64,000 nucleotides of DNA from an uncultured Flavobacteriales bacterium (GCA_905478765.1 CAJQJY010000012.1:66540-130539); one strand, 5' to 3'; counted from the stretch's first letter, positions 38,602 to 48,459 are shown. The notes: a model not told the origin generated them from the letters alone. Numbers and translations are program-made.

Positions 38602-39873
38602 ATGAATGTACTGATCTTAGGAAGTGGTGGAAGAGAACATGCTTTTGCATGGAAAATTGCAAAAAGCAGTAGTTGCAATAATTTATTTATTGCACCAGGA
38701 AATGCAGGTACAGCAGAGGTAGGCAATAATGTTGAAATTGATGTAAATGATTTTGAAAGCATTAAAAAATTTACACTTTCAAAGGGAATAGAAATGGTAG
38801 TCGTAGGACCAGAAGATCCATTAGTAAATGGTATTTATGACTTTTTCCAAGAGGATGAGGAATTACAAAACATATCATTAATTGGCCCATCAAAAGATGG
38901 GGCAAGACTTGAAGGCAGCAAAGAATTTGCAAAAGAATTTATGATTCGCCATGCAATTCCAACTGCAAAATATCAAGCCTTTACAAAAAAAAATTTAGAA
39001 GAGGGTTACGAATTTTTAAAAAGCTTAGATGCTCCTTATGTTTTAAAAGCAGATGGATTAGCAGCGGGGAAAGGAGTTTTAATCTTAGATAATTTACAAG
39101 AAGCAAAAACCGAACTAAAAGCTATGGTTGCTGATGCAAAATTTGGAAATGCATCTTCAACAGTAGTAATTGAGGAGTTTCTAAGTGGAATAGAACTTTC
39201 AGTATTTGTTTTAACTGATGGTGACTCTTACAAAATTCTTCCTTCAGCAAAAGATTATAAAAGAATTGGAGAGGGAGATACAGGACTAAATACTGGAGGA
39301 ATGGGAGCAATATCACCAGTTCCATTTGCTGATAGATTTTACATTGAAAAAGTGGAAAGGGAAATAGTAAAACCAACTGTTGAAGGATTAAAAAAAGATG
39401 GAATTACTTATAAAGGATTTATTTTTATTGGACTTATAAATGTGAAAGGTCAGCCGAAAGTCATTGAATATAATGTAAGAATGGGAGACCCTGAAACTGA
39501 AGTTGTGATACCCAGAATTAAATCAGATCTTTTAAATCTTTTAAAAGGAATTGATGATGGAACTTTCAGTGAAAAAGATTTAAATATTAACGACCAAGCC
39601 GCCACAACAGTAATGTTAGTTTCAAAAGGTTATCCTCAATCTTATGAAAAAGGAGAAGCAATAAGTGGGATAGAAGATGTTACAGAAAGTATCGTATTTC
39701 ATGCAGGAACAAAAAATGAAAACGAACAATTAAGAACTAGCGGAGGAAGAGTAATTGCTTTAACGTCTTTTGGAGAAAATATAGAAAAAGCACTTGCAAA
39801 ATCATTTGCAAGTGCTGAAAAAATTTCCTTTAGAGGGAAATATTATCGTAAAGATATAGGTTTCGATTTATAA
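38602..39873 (+). CDS. purD: Phosphoribosylamine--glycine ligase
   Basis: LGSGGREHA, APGNAG, LEGSKEFAK, KADGLAAGKGV, DTGLNTGGMG, EYNVRMGDPE. Confidence 0.99.
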   Translation: MNVLILGSGGREHAFAWKIAKSSSCNNLFIAPGNAGTAEVGNNVEIDVNDFESIKKFTLSKGIEMVVVGPEDPLVNGIYDFFQEDEELQNISLIGPSKDGARLEGSKEFAKEFMIRHAIPTAKYQAFTKKNLEEGYEFLKSLDAPYVLKADGLAAGKGVLILDNLQEAKTELKAMVADAKFGNASSTVVIEEFLSGIELSVFVLTDGDSYKILPSAKDYKRIGEGDTGLNTGGMGAISPVPFADRFYIEKVEREIVKPTVEGLKKDGITYKGFIFIGLINVKGQPKVIEYNVRMGDPETEVVIPRIKSDLLNLLKGIDDGTFSEKDLNINDQAATTVMLVSKGYPQSYEKGEAISGIEDVTESIVFHAGTKNENEQLRTSGGRVIALTSFGENIEKALAKSFASAEKISFRGKYYRKDIGFDL

Positions 39874-40044
39874 AGGCGCGTGCTCTTCATTATCCTTTCT
39901 GTGTTTTAGCATTTTGCCCACCCATACTACAAGAAAAGCAAATATAACTCCAATATAGATATAGTTTATTGTATTACCAATGCCATCAGCCATAGCAAAT
40001 AAGTAATCAAAAGAATCTCCAATTGCGTACCAAATCTTATTCAT
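39868..40044 (-). CDS. 58-aa membrane microprotein, DUF6341-like (below ORF-track cutoff)
   Basis: Hand translation MNKIWYAIGDSFDYLFAMADGIGNTINYIYIGVIFAFLVVWVGKMLKHRKDNEEHAPL. Own -7 element TAAATTTG at 40069-40076. Position between purD and DUF6427 matches the flavobacterial arrangement as I recall it. Confidence 0.75.
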   Translation of the reverse strand: MNKIWYAIGDSFDYLFAMADGIGNTINYIYIGVIFAFLVVWVGKMLKHRKDNEEHAPL

Positions 40045-40096
40045 AATTTTTGTTTTAATTTACAGCAGCAAATTTAAATAATTTTTATCAAGTATA

Positions 40097-41035
40097 ATGT
40101 TTTTAAAACATCTTATAAATCCGAAACCTACAATAATTCTATTTTTTGTGTTTTTTTGCGTTTTTTTCATCAGCATTCCACTGATAAATTATGATTTTAA
40201 TACCATTTTTATAAATAGTAATACTTCTTCTTATATAGTGTTTTTTTTTGGCTTAGCTCTTCCATTTTTTCAAGCGTTAGGATTAAACAATTTGATTTAC
40301 GAAAAGAACATTATCAAAAAAGATAATTTTGTAATTGGGTTTGTTTTTATTCTAATTGGTAGTAGCTTTGTAAATAGTTTAAATGAATGGGCCTCCTCTT
40401 TTATTTTACTTTTTTTCCTAAACTTTATCTTAGAAAGTTACCAAAAAGATTATCCTTTTTCAGAATTTTTTAACGCTGCATTATTACTTTCCATCGTTTC
40501 AGTTATATTTCCAAATACTATTTATTTTTCACTTTTATTTTTAGTAAGCGGTATTAATTACGCTAACAATAATTGGCGGACATTTTTCGTGATATTGCTA
40601 GGATTGACAGTGCCTTATATTTTCTATTTTGTATATACATTTTTAATCAACTCATCCTTTGTTATTCCTGAATTTACTCAATTTGAACTAATTAAAAATC
40701 CAGAATTAACTTGGAATGCTAGTCCGTTAAATATTTGGCTAGGTGTGTTATCTTTAATTAGTTTTGTTTCAATTATTGAGCTTTTCAAATGGCTTTATAA
40801 AAAAAGTATTAAGTCACGAAAATCATTCTTATCAATTTTTTGGTATTTTGTAATTAGCATTATTATTGCACTGTATTCTGGTAATAATTATTTTTACTTT
40901 ACTCTAACTCCTTTAGCTGTAATTATTGGGAATTACTTTGTGTATGCTAAGAGTAGAAAAATTGCTAACATTTTATTTGTAATATTAGTGTTTTCTTCTT
41001 TCTATTATAAGTACTTGATTGCTTATAATGTGTAA
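40097..41035 (+). CDS. Polytopic membrane protein, DUF6427-like
   Basis: About 9-10 hydrophobic helices, KNIIKKDN loop, KKSIKSRKSF. Family assigned by recall and synteny. Confidence 0.65.
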   Translation: MFLKHLINPKPTIILFFVFFCVFFISIPLINYDFNTIFINSNTSSYIVFFFGLALPFFQALGLNNLIYEKNIIKKDNFVIGFVFILIGSSFVNSLNEWASSFILLFFLNFILESYQKDYPFSEFFNAALLLSIVSVIFPNTIYFSLLFLVSGINYANNNWRTFFVILLGLTVPYIFYFVYTFLINSSFVIPEFTQFELIKNPELTWNASPLNIWLGVLSLISFVSIIELFKWLYKKSIKSRKSFLSIFWYFVISIIIALYSGNNYFYFTLTPLAVIIGNYFVYAKSRKIANILFVILVFSSFYYKYLIAYNV

Positions 41036-41059
41036 ATTTGCAACATTAAAAATAAGAAT

Positions 41060-41749
41060 ATGAAATTTGGTGTAGTTGTTTTTCCTGGCTCTAATTGTGA
41101 CAAAGACATGCTTTACGTTATTGAAAAAATAATGAGGCAAGAAGCTGTTGAACTTTGGCATAAAGATACTGATTTGCAAGGAGTTGATTTTATCATTTTA
41201 CCTGGAGGATTTTCTTATGGTGATTATTTAAGGTCAGGAGCAATTGCAAAATTTTCACCAATTATGAAGGAGGTGATTGGCTTTGCTAATTCTGGAGGTT
41301 ATGTAATGGGAATTTGCAATGGATTTCAAATTCTGACCGAAAGTGGATTATTACCTGGTGCTCTATTACACAATACTTCTCACAAATTTATCTGTAAAAA
41401 CACTTATTTAAAGGCTTCAACTAATAATACTCTAGTTACCAAAAAGTATGCTGAAAAAGCAGTTAAAATTCCTATTGCACATGGTGAGGGAAGGTATTTC
41501 GCTGATGAAGAAACTTTAAAATTACTAGAGTTAAACGATCAAATTTTATTCAAATATTCTGATATAGATGGGAATATTACTGAGGAAGCAAACCCTAATG
41601 GATCATTAATGAATATTGCAGGGATTTGCAATAAAGATAGAAATGTTTTTGGAATGATGCCACACCCTGAAAGAGCTGCTGATAGAGAATTAAATAACCA
41701 AGATGGGAGGCTATTATTTGAAAGTATTCTAAATGAGGTGTTTGTGTAA
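41060..41749 (+). CDS. purQ: FGAM synthase glutaminase subunit
   Basis: FPGSNCD, PGGFSYGDYLR, GICNGFQIL, AHGEG, GMMPHPERA. Promoter TAAATTTG at 41033-41040. Confidence 0.98.
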   Translation: MKFGVVVFPGSNCDKDMLYVIEKIMRQEAVELWHKDTDLQGVDFIILPGGFSYGDYLRSGAIAKFSPIMKEVIGFANSGGYVMGICNGFQILTESGLLPGALLHNTSHKFICKNTYLKASTNNTLVTKKYAEKAVKIPIAHGEGRYFADEETLKLLELNDQILFKYSDIDGNITEEANPNGSLMNIAGICNKDRNVFGMMPHPERAADRELNNQDGRLLFESILNEVFV

Positions 41750-41863
41750 AAGGCAGAAGTTTATTTTTTTATTCTTCAAAAAAATAGGATAAATATAAAG
41801 AACTATTATTAATAGAATTTTGATATTAAATTCATTTAATTAGTTATCAATCACTTAAGTTAC

Positions 41864-41896
41864 TTATTAACTTTTTGTTGAAAAATCTGTTGAGAA
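41864..41896. promoter_or_regulatory. Cluster of DnaA-box-like 9-mers upstream of nrdJ
   Basis: TGTTGAAAA (41876-41884) and TGTTGAGAA (41888-41896) in tandem, preceded by an inverted TTATTAACT. The first is one mismatch from TTWTNCACA on the reverse strand. Confidence 0.3.
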
Positions 41897-41991
41897 CCGC
41901 AAGTTCAATGTTGTTGTACAGTTCACTTTATTTCTAAACTTGTAATCACAAAAAAAATAAGGATAATTAACTGCTCAAAAGAGGAAGCCAA

Positions 41992-44580
41992 ATGACAACA
42001 ATATCAAAAAAACAAAAAGAAGTTTTGACAAAAGCTAAAAAACAAAAAACATATACTTATGAAGAAGTCTTAGAATCTGCAGTTGCCTATTTTAATGGTG
42101 ATGAATTAGCGGGAACTACTTGGATGAATAAGTATGCCATGAAAGATTATGATGGAGAATTTGTAGAGAAAAATCCTGATGATATGCACAAAAGAATGGC
42201 AAAGGAATTTGGGAGAATTGAAGCAGATTATAAATTAAAATACAATCTAAACGGAAGTGCAAAATTCTTATCAAAATACGGGCAAGAAAGAGAAGATTTA
42301 ACAGAAGCAAAAGTTTACAGCTTATTTAAAGAGTTTGGCTACATTATTCCGCAAGGTAGTGTAATGAGCTCACTTGGTAATCATTATAAATTAGCTTCTT
42401 TATCTAATTGTATTGTTGTTCCCGAATTACATGATTCTTATGGTGGTGTATTTTACACTGACCAACAATTAGCACAATTATTTAAAAGGAGATGTGGAGT
42501 TGGAGTTGATATTTCAAATTTAAGACCAGCAGGTTCAAGTGTTTCTAATGCCGCAGGAAGTACTTCAGGAGCTGTTTCATTTATGAATAGATTCTCGCAT
42601 ACTACTAGAGAAGTCGCTCAAAACGGAAGAAGGGGAGCTCTTATGCTTTCTATGGATATTGCACATCCTGATGTTGAGGATTTTATTACTATAAAACAAG
42701 ATTTGCAAAAAGTTACAGGTGCAAATATTTCTATCAGACTTTCTGATGAATTTATGCATGCCGTCGAGGCAAATGCTGAATACACTCATAAGTGGCCAAT
42801 TGAATCTGACAATCCTAAATTTACAAAAACTGTAAATGCAAAAGAACTTTGGAGTACTATTATTGAATGTGCACATAATACTGCCGAGCCAGGCTTAATT
42901 TTCTGGGATCGTCAACATTGGTATTCAACTTCTTCTGTTTATCCTGGATATAAAAATACATCAACTAACCCTTGTTCTGAAATTGCAATGCAAGGAGGAG
43001 ATAGTTGTAGACTAATTGCTTTAAACCTTTACAATTTTGTTGATAACCCATTTACAAAAGATGCATCATTCAGAATGGAAGATTTCTACAAAGCTACATA
43101 TGAGGGACAAAGATTAATGGATGATTTAGTTGACTTAGAGACTGAAGCAATTGGTAGAATCTTGGATAAAGTTGATGCTGATGACGAGCCCGAGAATATA
43201 AAAATGGTAGAGAAAGAAACTTGGGAGCTGTTATTAAAAACTGGCAAAGAAGGTAGAAGAACAGGGCTTGGGTTTACTGCCTTAGCTGATATGGTTGCAG
43301 CACTTGGGATGGCAATTGATTCTGATGAGGCTATAGCAATGGTTGAATCAATGATGAAAGAAAAATGTAGAGCTGAATTTGATAGTTCAATAGATATGTC
43401 TCTTTCAAGAGGAAGTTTTGTTGGATTTGATTCTAAAATTGAAAAAACATCAGAATTTGTTCAAATGCTAGAAAAAGAGCTTCCTGATGTTTATGAGAGA
43501 ATGATGAAGTTTGGAAGAAGAAATATATCAATTAGTACTGTTGCTCCAACAGGGACATTAAGTATGCTAGCTCAAACTTCTTCAGGAATTGAGCCAGTAT
43601 TTATGACGCACTACAAAAGAAGAAGAAAATTAAATGAGCAAGATAGAGAAGCAAAAGTTGACTTTATTGATGACTCAGGAGATAAGTGGCAAGAATTTAA
43701 TGTTTACCACCATAACTTAAAAACATGGATGGAAGTATCAGGTGAAACTGACATTTCAAAAAGCCCTTATGCTGGAAGTACAGCTCCAGAAATTAACTGG
43801 AATAAAAGAGTTGAAATGCAAGCAGCAGTTCAGAAATACGTTACACATTCAATCAGCTCAACAATCAATTTACCTAATGATGTTTCTCTCGAAGAGGTAA
43901 GTAATATTTACTTAGAATCTTGGAAGCAAGGAACAAAAGGAATTACAGTTTATAGAGATGGCTCAAGGTCTGGTGTATTGGTTTCTGCTGATGAAAAGAA
44001 AGATACTATTTTGGAAAACTCTGAGTTTAGAGAGACAAAAGCGCCATCAAGACCAAAAAGATTAGATGCAAAAGTAGTGCGCTTCCAAAATAATAAAGAA
44101 AAATGGATTGCAGTTGTAGGATTATTAAACGGAAGACCTTACGAAATATTTACAGGCAAAACAGAGGATGTATTTAATATGCCTGCAGCTGTGGAATACG
44201 GTTGGATTATTAAAAATAAAAGAGAAGATGGATCATCTCAATATGACTTCCAATATGAAGATAAGGAAGGGTACAAAGTAACTATGGGAGGTTTATCTCG
44301 TTCTTTTGATAAAGAATTCTGGAACTATGCAAAATTGATTTCTGGAGTTTTAAGACATGGAATGCCATTGCACTATGTTGTTGATTTAATTGGTAAAATG
44401 AACCTTTATGATGAGAACATAAATACTTGGAAAAGTGGAGTAGTAAGAGCATTAAAAACATTTATTGCTAACGGAACAGCTGTAAACGATCATACTTGTG
44501 GAGAATGTGGAGATGAAGGGTTAGTTTATGAAGAAGGTTGTTTGAAATGCGTTAGCTGTGGTTACAGCAAATGCGGATAA
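41992..44580 (+). CDS. nrdJ: Class II (adenosylcobalamin-dependent) ribonucleotide reductase
   Basis: SLSNC, QNGRRGA, TNPCSEI, GRRTGLG, TVAPTGT, SSTINLP, KGITVYRDGSR; C-terminal Cys4 zinc ribbon; no ATP cone. Confidence 0.95.
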   Translation: MTTISKKQKEVLTKAKKQKTYTYEEVLESAVAYFNGDELAGTTWMNKYAMKDYDGEFVEKNPDDMHKRMAKEFGRIEADYKLKYNLNGSAKFLSKYGQEREDLTEAKVYSLFKEFGYIIPQGSVMSSLGNHYKLASLSNCIVVPELHDSYGGVFYTDQQLAQLFKRRCGVGVDISNLRPAGSSVSNAAGSTSGAVSFMNRFSHTTREVAQNGRRGALMLSMDIAHPDVEDFITIKQDLQKVTGANISIRLSDEFMHAVEANAEYTHKWPIESDNPKFTKTVNAKELWSTIIECAHNTAEPGLIFWDRQHWYSTSSVYPGYKNTSTNPCSEIAMQGGDSCRLIALNLYNFVDNPFTKDASFRMEDFYKATYEGQRLMDDLVDLETEAIGRILDKVDADDEPENIKMVEKETWELLLKTGKEGRRTGLGFTALADMVAALGMAIDSDEAIAMVESMMKEKCRAEFDSSIDMSLSRGSFVGFDSKIEKTSEFVQMLEKELPDVYERMMKFGRRNISISTVAPTGTLSMLAQTSSGIEPVFMTHYKRRRKLNEQDREAKVDFIDDSGDKWQEFNVYHHNLKTWMEVSGETDISKSPYAGSTAPEINWNKRVEMQAAVQKYVTHSISSTINLPNDVSLEEVSNIYLESWKQGTKGITVYRDGSRSGVLVSADEKKDTILENSEFRETKAPSRPKRLDAKVVRFQNNKEKWIAVVGLLNGRPYEIFTGKTEDVFNMPAAVEYGWIIKNKREDGSSQYDFQYEDKEGYKVTMGGLSRSFDKEFWNYAKLISGVLRHGMPLHYVVDLIGKMNLYDENINTWKSGVVRALKTFIANGTAVNDHTCGECGDEGLVYEEGCLKCVSCGYSKCG

Positions 44581-44595
44581 AATGTTCTAAATATT

Positions 44596-44635
44596 TAAAT
44601 AAAAAAACCTGCTAATTGGCAGGTTTTTTTATTTA
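44596..44635. terminator. Intrinsic terminator after nrdJ
   Basis: Perfect 17-bp inverted repeat TAAATAAAAAAACCTGC-taattg-GCAGGTTTTTTTATTTA. Confidence 0.92.
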
Positions 44636-44661
44636 CTAAAGAGTAAAGGTATTGGAAGGTA

Positions 44662-45148
44662 TTTGTAAAAGATTTTATAGCCTTATTTTATATATCTTGC
44701 TTGCATCAAACGCCAAAAACTGATTGCTTTATTAATAGTAAAATAATGTAATTGAAAGTTTTTGGATAGAATAAAACTAGAAAATGCGGCTGGAATTTTT
44801 GATTTTAATAAATCTAGGAATACGCAGAAATTAATACGCCAATGGAAATATGTAGAAGAAAAAATGTGTACATTTCCCTTGGCAAACAATTGGCTTACGC
44901 AATAACTGAATGAAAAGTCATGTATAAGAATAGAAAATGCCGATTATCAAATAAGAAAAAAAGACCTATAAGATAGGTGAGCATGATGAACTCTCATGAA
45001 TTTAAAGAGTAGTAAAAAAACTAAAGGAGATGCGTATTCTAATCGTTGATGATGTAATAACAACTGACATATCATTGGTAGCTTGCGCACAAAAACTACA
45101 AGAAGGTAAAGTAATAAATTAACTATCGAAACTATTGATGTAGCATAA
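44662..45148 (+). pseudogene. comF: Degraded ComF-family phosphoribosyltransferase pseudogene
   Basis: Fragments in shifting frames: FVKDFIALFY-ISCLHQTPKT; FW/RIKLENAAGIFDFNKSRNTQKLIRQWKY (44768-44851); MRILIVDDVITTD (45030-45068, PRPP-loop VDDVxTTG with G>D); terminal TIETIDVA-stop. Confidence 0.8.
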
Positions 45149-45213
45149 AATAAAGTTATGAGTTACAAGTGACTAGTGAAAAGTTATGGAAATTTATTTG
45201 TTTATTTGCCTTA

Positions 45214-46308
45214 ATGAAAAAATTGCTTCAAATATGTATTGTATTGCATCTTGTTTCCTGTGCTAATATAGTAGCCCCTACTGGTGGCGTAAAAGATATT
45301 AATGCTCCTAAATTACAAAAAATAAACAGTACAAAAAATTTGCGGCATCTTAATAAAAAAATTGTTTCATTTGAATTTGACGAATTTATTGTACTAAATA
45401 ATTGGGAAGAAAATTTTTACATTTCACCACCAATTAATAAACGAATTCAAAAGATAATAAAAGGAACAGAGCTATCCTTAACTATTGAAGATACACTTTC
45501 AGAAAACGTAACCTACAATCTATCGTTAAACACTTGTATTAAAGATTTAAATGAAGGAAACATACTTGATACGCTTAACTATATTTTCTCAACTTCTGAT
45601 GTTTTGGACACGCTAACTTTAAGTGGTAGACTACAAGATGCTTATACTTTAGAGGAAATAGAAAATGCTTGGATTATGCTTTTTGAAGAAAATAAAAATG
45701 ACACTATTATCTTTAAAGAAAATCCCAATTACATTGCAAAAACTGATAAAGAAGGTAACTTTCACTTCCCTAATTTAAACGCTAAAAACTACAAAGTTGT
45801 TGCTCTTACTGAATTTGATTTCATCTACAATGAAGATGAAAGTATTGCATATTTAGATAGTTGCGTAAATGCAGAAACTGATAGCTTTTTTTTCCTATTT
45901 TCATTCAATCCTGTAATAGAAATTGATAGTGCAAATTCAGACACAAATGGAATAAAAACTGACAGCCTTTCTTCTGATAGTTTATCAATGAAAACTCTTA
46001 CAAAAAAAGAAATTTCATATGGAAAACTTGAAATTATAAGTAGCACTAATACACCTTGTATTTTCCAACTTTTGCAAAATAAAAAAGTAGTTAAAGAATT
46101 CTCATTTACTAATCCACCATATATTTTAGATGAACTTATTGCAGGGAAATATCAACTGAAATATATTAGTGATTTAAATGAAGATAGAAAGTGGACAACT
46201 GGAAGTTGGATAAACAAAGTACAGGTAGAGAAAGTGCAAATTTACCCATCAGAAATAACTATTCGTTCCAATTGGGATTTGGAATTAGAGTGGCTTATTG
46301 TAGAGTAA
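45214..46308 (+). CDS. Ig-like (Big_5-type) domain lipoprotein
   Basis: Lipobox LVSC-ANIVAPTGG.KD..AP; FDEFIVL; NTCIKDLNEGN; IRSNWDLE. Confidence 0.85.
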   Translation: MKKLLQICIVLHLVSCANIVAPTGGVKDINAPKLQKINSTKNLRHLNKKIVSFEFDEFIVLNNWEENFYISPPINKRIQKIIKGTELSLTIEDTLSENVTYNLSLNTCIKDLNEGNILDTLNYIFSTSDVLDTLTLSGRLQDAYTLEEIENAWIMLFEENKNDTIIFKENPNYIAKTDKEGNFHFPNLNAKNYKVVALTEFDFIYNEDESIAYLDSCVNAETDSFFFLFSFNPVIEIDSANSDTNGIKTDSLSSDSLSMKTLTKKEISYGKLEIISSTNTPCIFQLLQNKKVVKEFSFTNPPYILDELIAGKYQLKYISDLNEDRKWTTGSWINKVQVEKVQIYPSEITIRSNWDLELEWLIVE

Positions 46309-47071
46309 AATTATCTCTATCTTTCAGGAAATTCATTTGCCTTCTTTTCAATTTTAAATCATCCAAACTAATTTCAATTTGCAGAACTTCTTCCATATTT
46401 TCTTTAGCTGAAAGCAGTTCCTTCCCAAAAGCATCAAAAACTTTTGTATATCCATTAAATGGTATTCCATTTCCATCTTCACCTACTCTGTTCACTCCAA
46501 TAGTAAAACACTGATTTTCTATGGAACGCGCTTTTAAAAGCGTATCCCAAGCATCAATTCTTTTTATTGGCCAATTTGCCAAATAGATTAACAAATCATA
46601 ATCTCCATTATTTCTGCTAAAAACTGGAAAACGCAAATCATAACAAATAAGAGGGCAAATTTTCCAACCTTCTAGCTCTACAATTAAACGCTTAACTCCT
46701 TTTGCAATATGTCTTTCCTCCTCTATTAATGAAAATAAATGTCTTTTATCATAAGTAGAAATCTGCCCATCCTTACTAATCCAAACTAGGCGATTATAAA
46801 CTTTACCCTCCTCATTTATCATTAATGAGCCAGCAATAACGCATTTTTTTTTCTTTGATATTTCCTTCATCCAACTAACAGATTTCCCATTCATTGATTC
46901 AGACAAATGATTAGATTTTGGGCAGAAAGAAGTGTTGAACATCTCAGGAAGTAAAATTAAATCAATTTCGTTAATAACAGAAATCAGTTTATCAAAATGA
47001 TTTAAATTTGCATCCACATCTTCCCAATGAAGATTAGCTTGTATTAAGGATATCGAAAGTGATTCTTTCAT
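46295..47071 (-). CDS. Nitrilase-family amidohydrolase (omega-amidase YafV-like)
   Basis: Catalytic triad motifs LPEMF, YDKRHLF, ICYDLRFP; ARSIENQ. Confidence 0.93.
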   Translation of the reverse strand: MKESLSISLIQANLHWEDVDANLNHFDKLISVINEIDLILLPEMFNTSFCPKSNHLSESMNGKSVSWMKEISKKKKCVIAGSLMINEEGKVYNRLVWISKDGQISTYDKRHLFSLIEEERHIAKGVKRLIVELEGWKICPLICYDLRFPVFSRNNGDYDLLIYLANWPIKRIDAWDTLLKARSIENQCFTIGVNRVGEDGNGIPFNGYTKVFDAFGKELLSAKENMEEVLQIEISLDDLKLKRRQMNFLKDRDNFTLQ

Positions 47072-47157
47072 ACAGCAAACATAATAATTTGCAATAAACT
47101 GCAGTTGAATAGGCTATCATTTGTAATATACTTACACTTGCAAAACAATATTACTAT

Positions 47158-48402
47158 ATGACATTTGAAGATTTAAAACTACATAACTCATTGCAAAAAG
47201 CAGTGAAAGATCAAAATTACGAAACTCCGACATCAATTCAGGCTAAGGCCATTCCGCTTATCTTAAATAGAAATGATGTGCTAGGCACTGCTCAAACAGG
47301 AACAGGTAAAACTGCTGCTTTTTCATTACCCATTTTACATCATTTAGAAAACGAATCTCAAAACCAAGGAAAAAGAAAAGTAAAGGCACTTATTGTTACC
47401 CCTACTAGAGAACTTGCTATTCAAATTGCTGAGAATTTTACTGATTACTCAAAATATAACTCTATTAAAAATACGGTTATTTATGGAGGGGTAAAGCAAA
47501 TGAAACAAGTAAAAAGACTTGATGCGGGAGTAGATGTTTTAATTGCAACTCCAGGTAGATTGCTTGATCTTATCGGGCAAGGATACATCACGCTAAAAGA
47601 TGTGAAATATTTTGTATTAGATGAAGCTGATAGAATGTTGGATATGGGTTTTATTCATGATATCAAAAAGATTATAAAAATGCTTCCTCAGAAAAGACAA
47701 TCTCTTTTCTTTTCAGCTACTATGCCAAAAAATATTTTAGAGTTATCAAAAACAATCTTGAAAAACCCTAAAAATGTATCAGTTGCTCCAGTTTCATCAA
47801 CAGCAGAAACAATACAACAATATGTTTATTTCACAAATCAAACAAGTAAGAAAGAATTATTATTTCATATTTTAAAGGATAAAGAAATAAAACAAATTCT
47901 GGTTTTTTCAAGAACCAAACATGGAGCGAATAAGATTGTGAAAAATCTTAAAAAGAAGAATATTGAAGCTGCTGCAATACATGGAGATAAATCTCAAAAC
48001 CAAAGGCAGAACGCTTTGAAATCATTTAAAGATGGAGGGATGAGAGTATTAGTGGCAACTGATATTGCTGCAAGAGGAATTGATATAAATGAGTTAAGAC
48101 ATGTACTGAATTACAACATACCTAATGAATCCGAAACTTATGTGCATAGAATAGGAAGATGTGGAAGGGCAGGAAAAGAAGGAATTTCAATTTCAATTTC
48201 TGGACCTGAAGAAAATGCTTATATTAAAGATATTGAAACGCTAATTGGTAAAAAAATTGATGCAATTAAAGACCATCCTTTCCCTCAAACTGACAAGCCA
48301 ATGAATGCTCAAGAAAAGAAAGAATTTGAGAAAGAAAAGAATAGAAAAAAACAAGAATTCTTTGCAAATAGAAAAAAGAAGAAAGCAAACTATAGAAAGT
48401 AA
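47158..48402 (+). CDS. DEAD-box RNA helicase (RhlE-like)
   Basis: AQTGTGKT, PTRELA, DEAD, SAT, ATDIAARGID, HRIGRCGRAG. Confidence 0.97.
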   Translation: MTFEDLKLHNSLQKAVKDQNYETPTSIQAKAIPLILNRNDVLGTAQTGTGKTAAFSLPILHHLENESQNQGKRKVKALIVTPTRELAIQIAENFTDYSKYNSIKNTVIYGGVKQMKQVKRLDAGVDVLIATPGRLLDLIGQGYITLKDVKYFVLDEADRMLDMGFIHDIKKIIKMLPQKRQSLFFSATMPKNILELSKTILKNPKNVSVAPVSSTAETIQQYVYFTNQTSKKELLFHILKDKEIKQILVFSRTKHGANKIVKNLKKKNIEAAAIHGDKSQNQRQNALKSFKDGGMRVLVATDIAARGIDINELRHVLNYNIPNESETYVHRIGRCGRAGKEGISISISGPEENAYIKDIETLIGKKIDAIKDHPFPQTDKPMNAQEKKEFEKEKNRKKQEFFANRKKKKANYRK

Positions 48403-48408
48403 AAGCAT

Positions 48409-48440
48409 AAAAAAGCAAGTTCAAATGAAATTGCTTTTTT
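48409..48440. terminator. Bidirectional terminator between the helicase and sdhB
   Basis: AAAAAAGCAAGTTCA-aa-TGAAATTGCTTTTTT, one mismatch. Confidence 0.82.
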
Positions 48441-48459
48441 ATATAATATTAGGTTTCTT

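Noticed and set aside
41750-41991. Cobalamin riboswitch or NrdR box upstream of nrdJ
   Set aside because: Too AT-rich; no B12-box or NrdR consensus recognisable.
44683-44889. 68-aa minus-strand ORF
   Set aside because: Antisense shadow of the comF remnant.
48145-48175. Helicase motif VI HRIGRCGR instead of HRIGRTGR
   Set aside because: Single substitution at a variable position; all catalytic residues are present.
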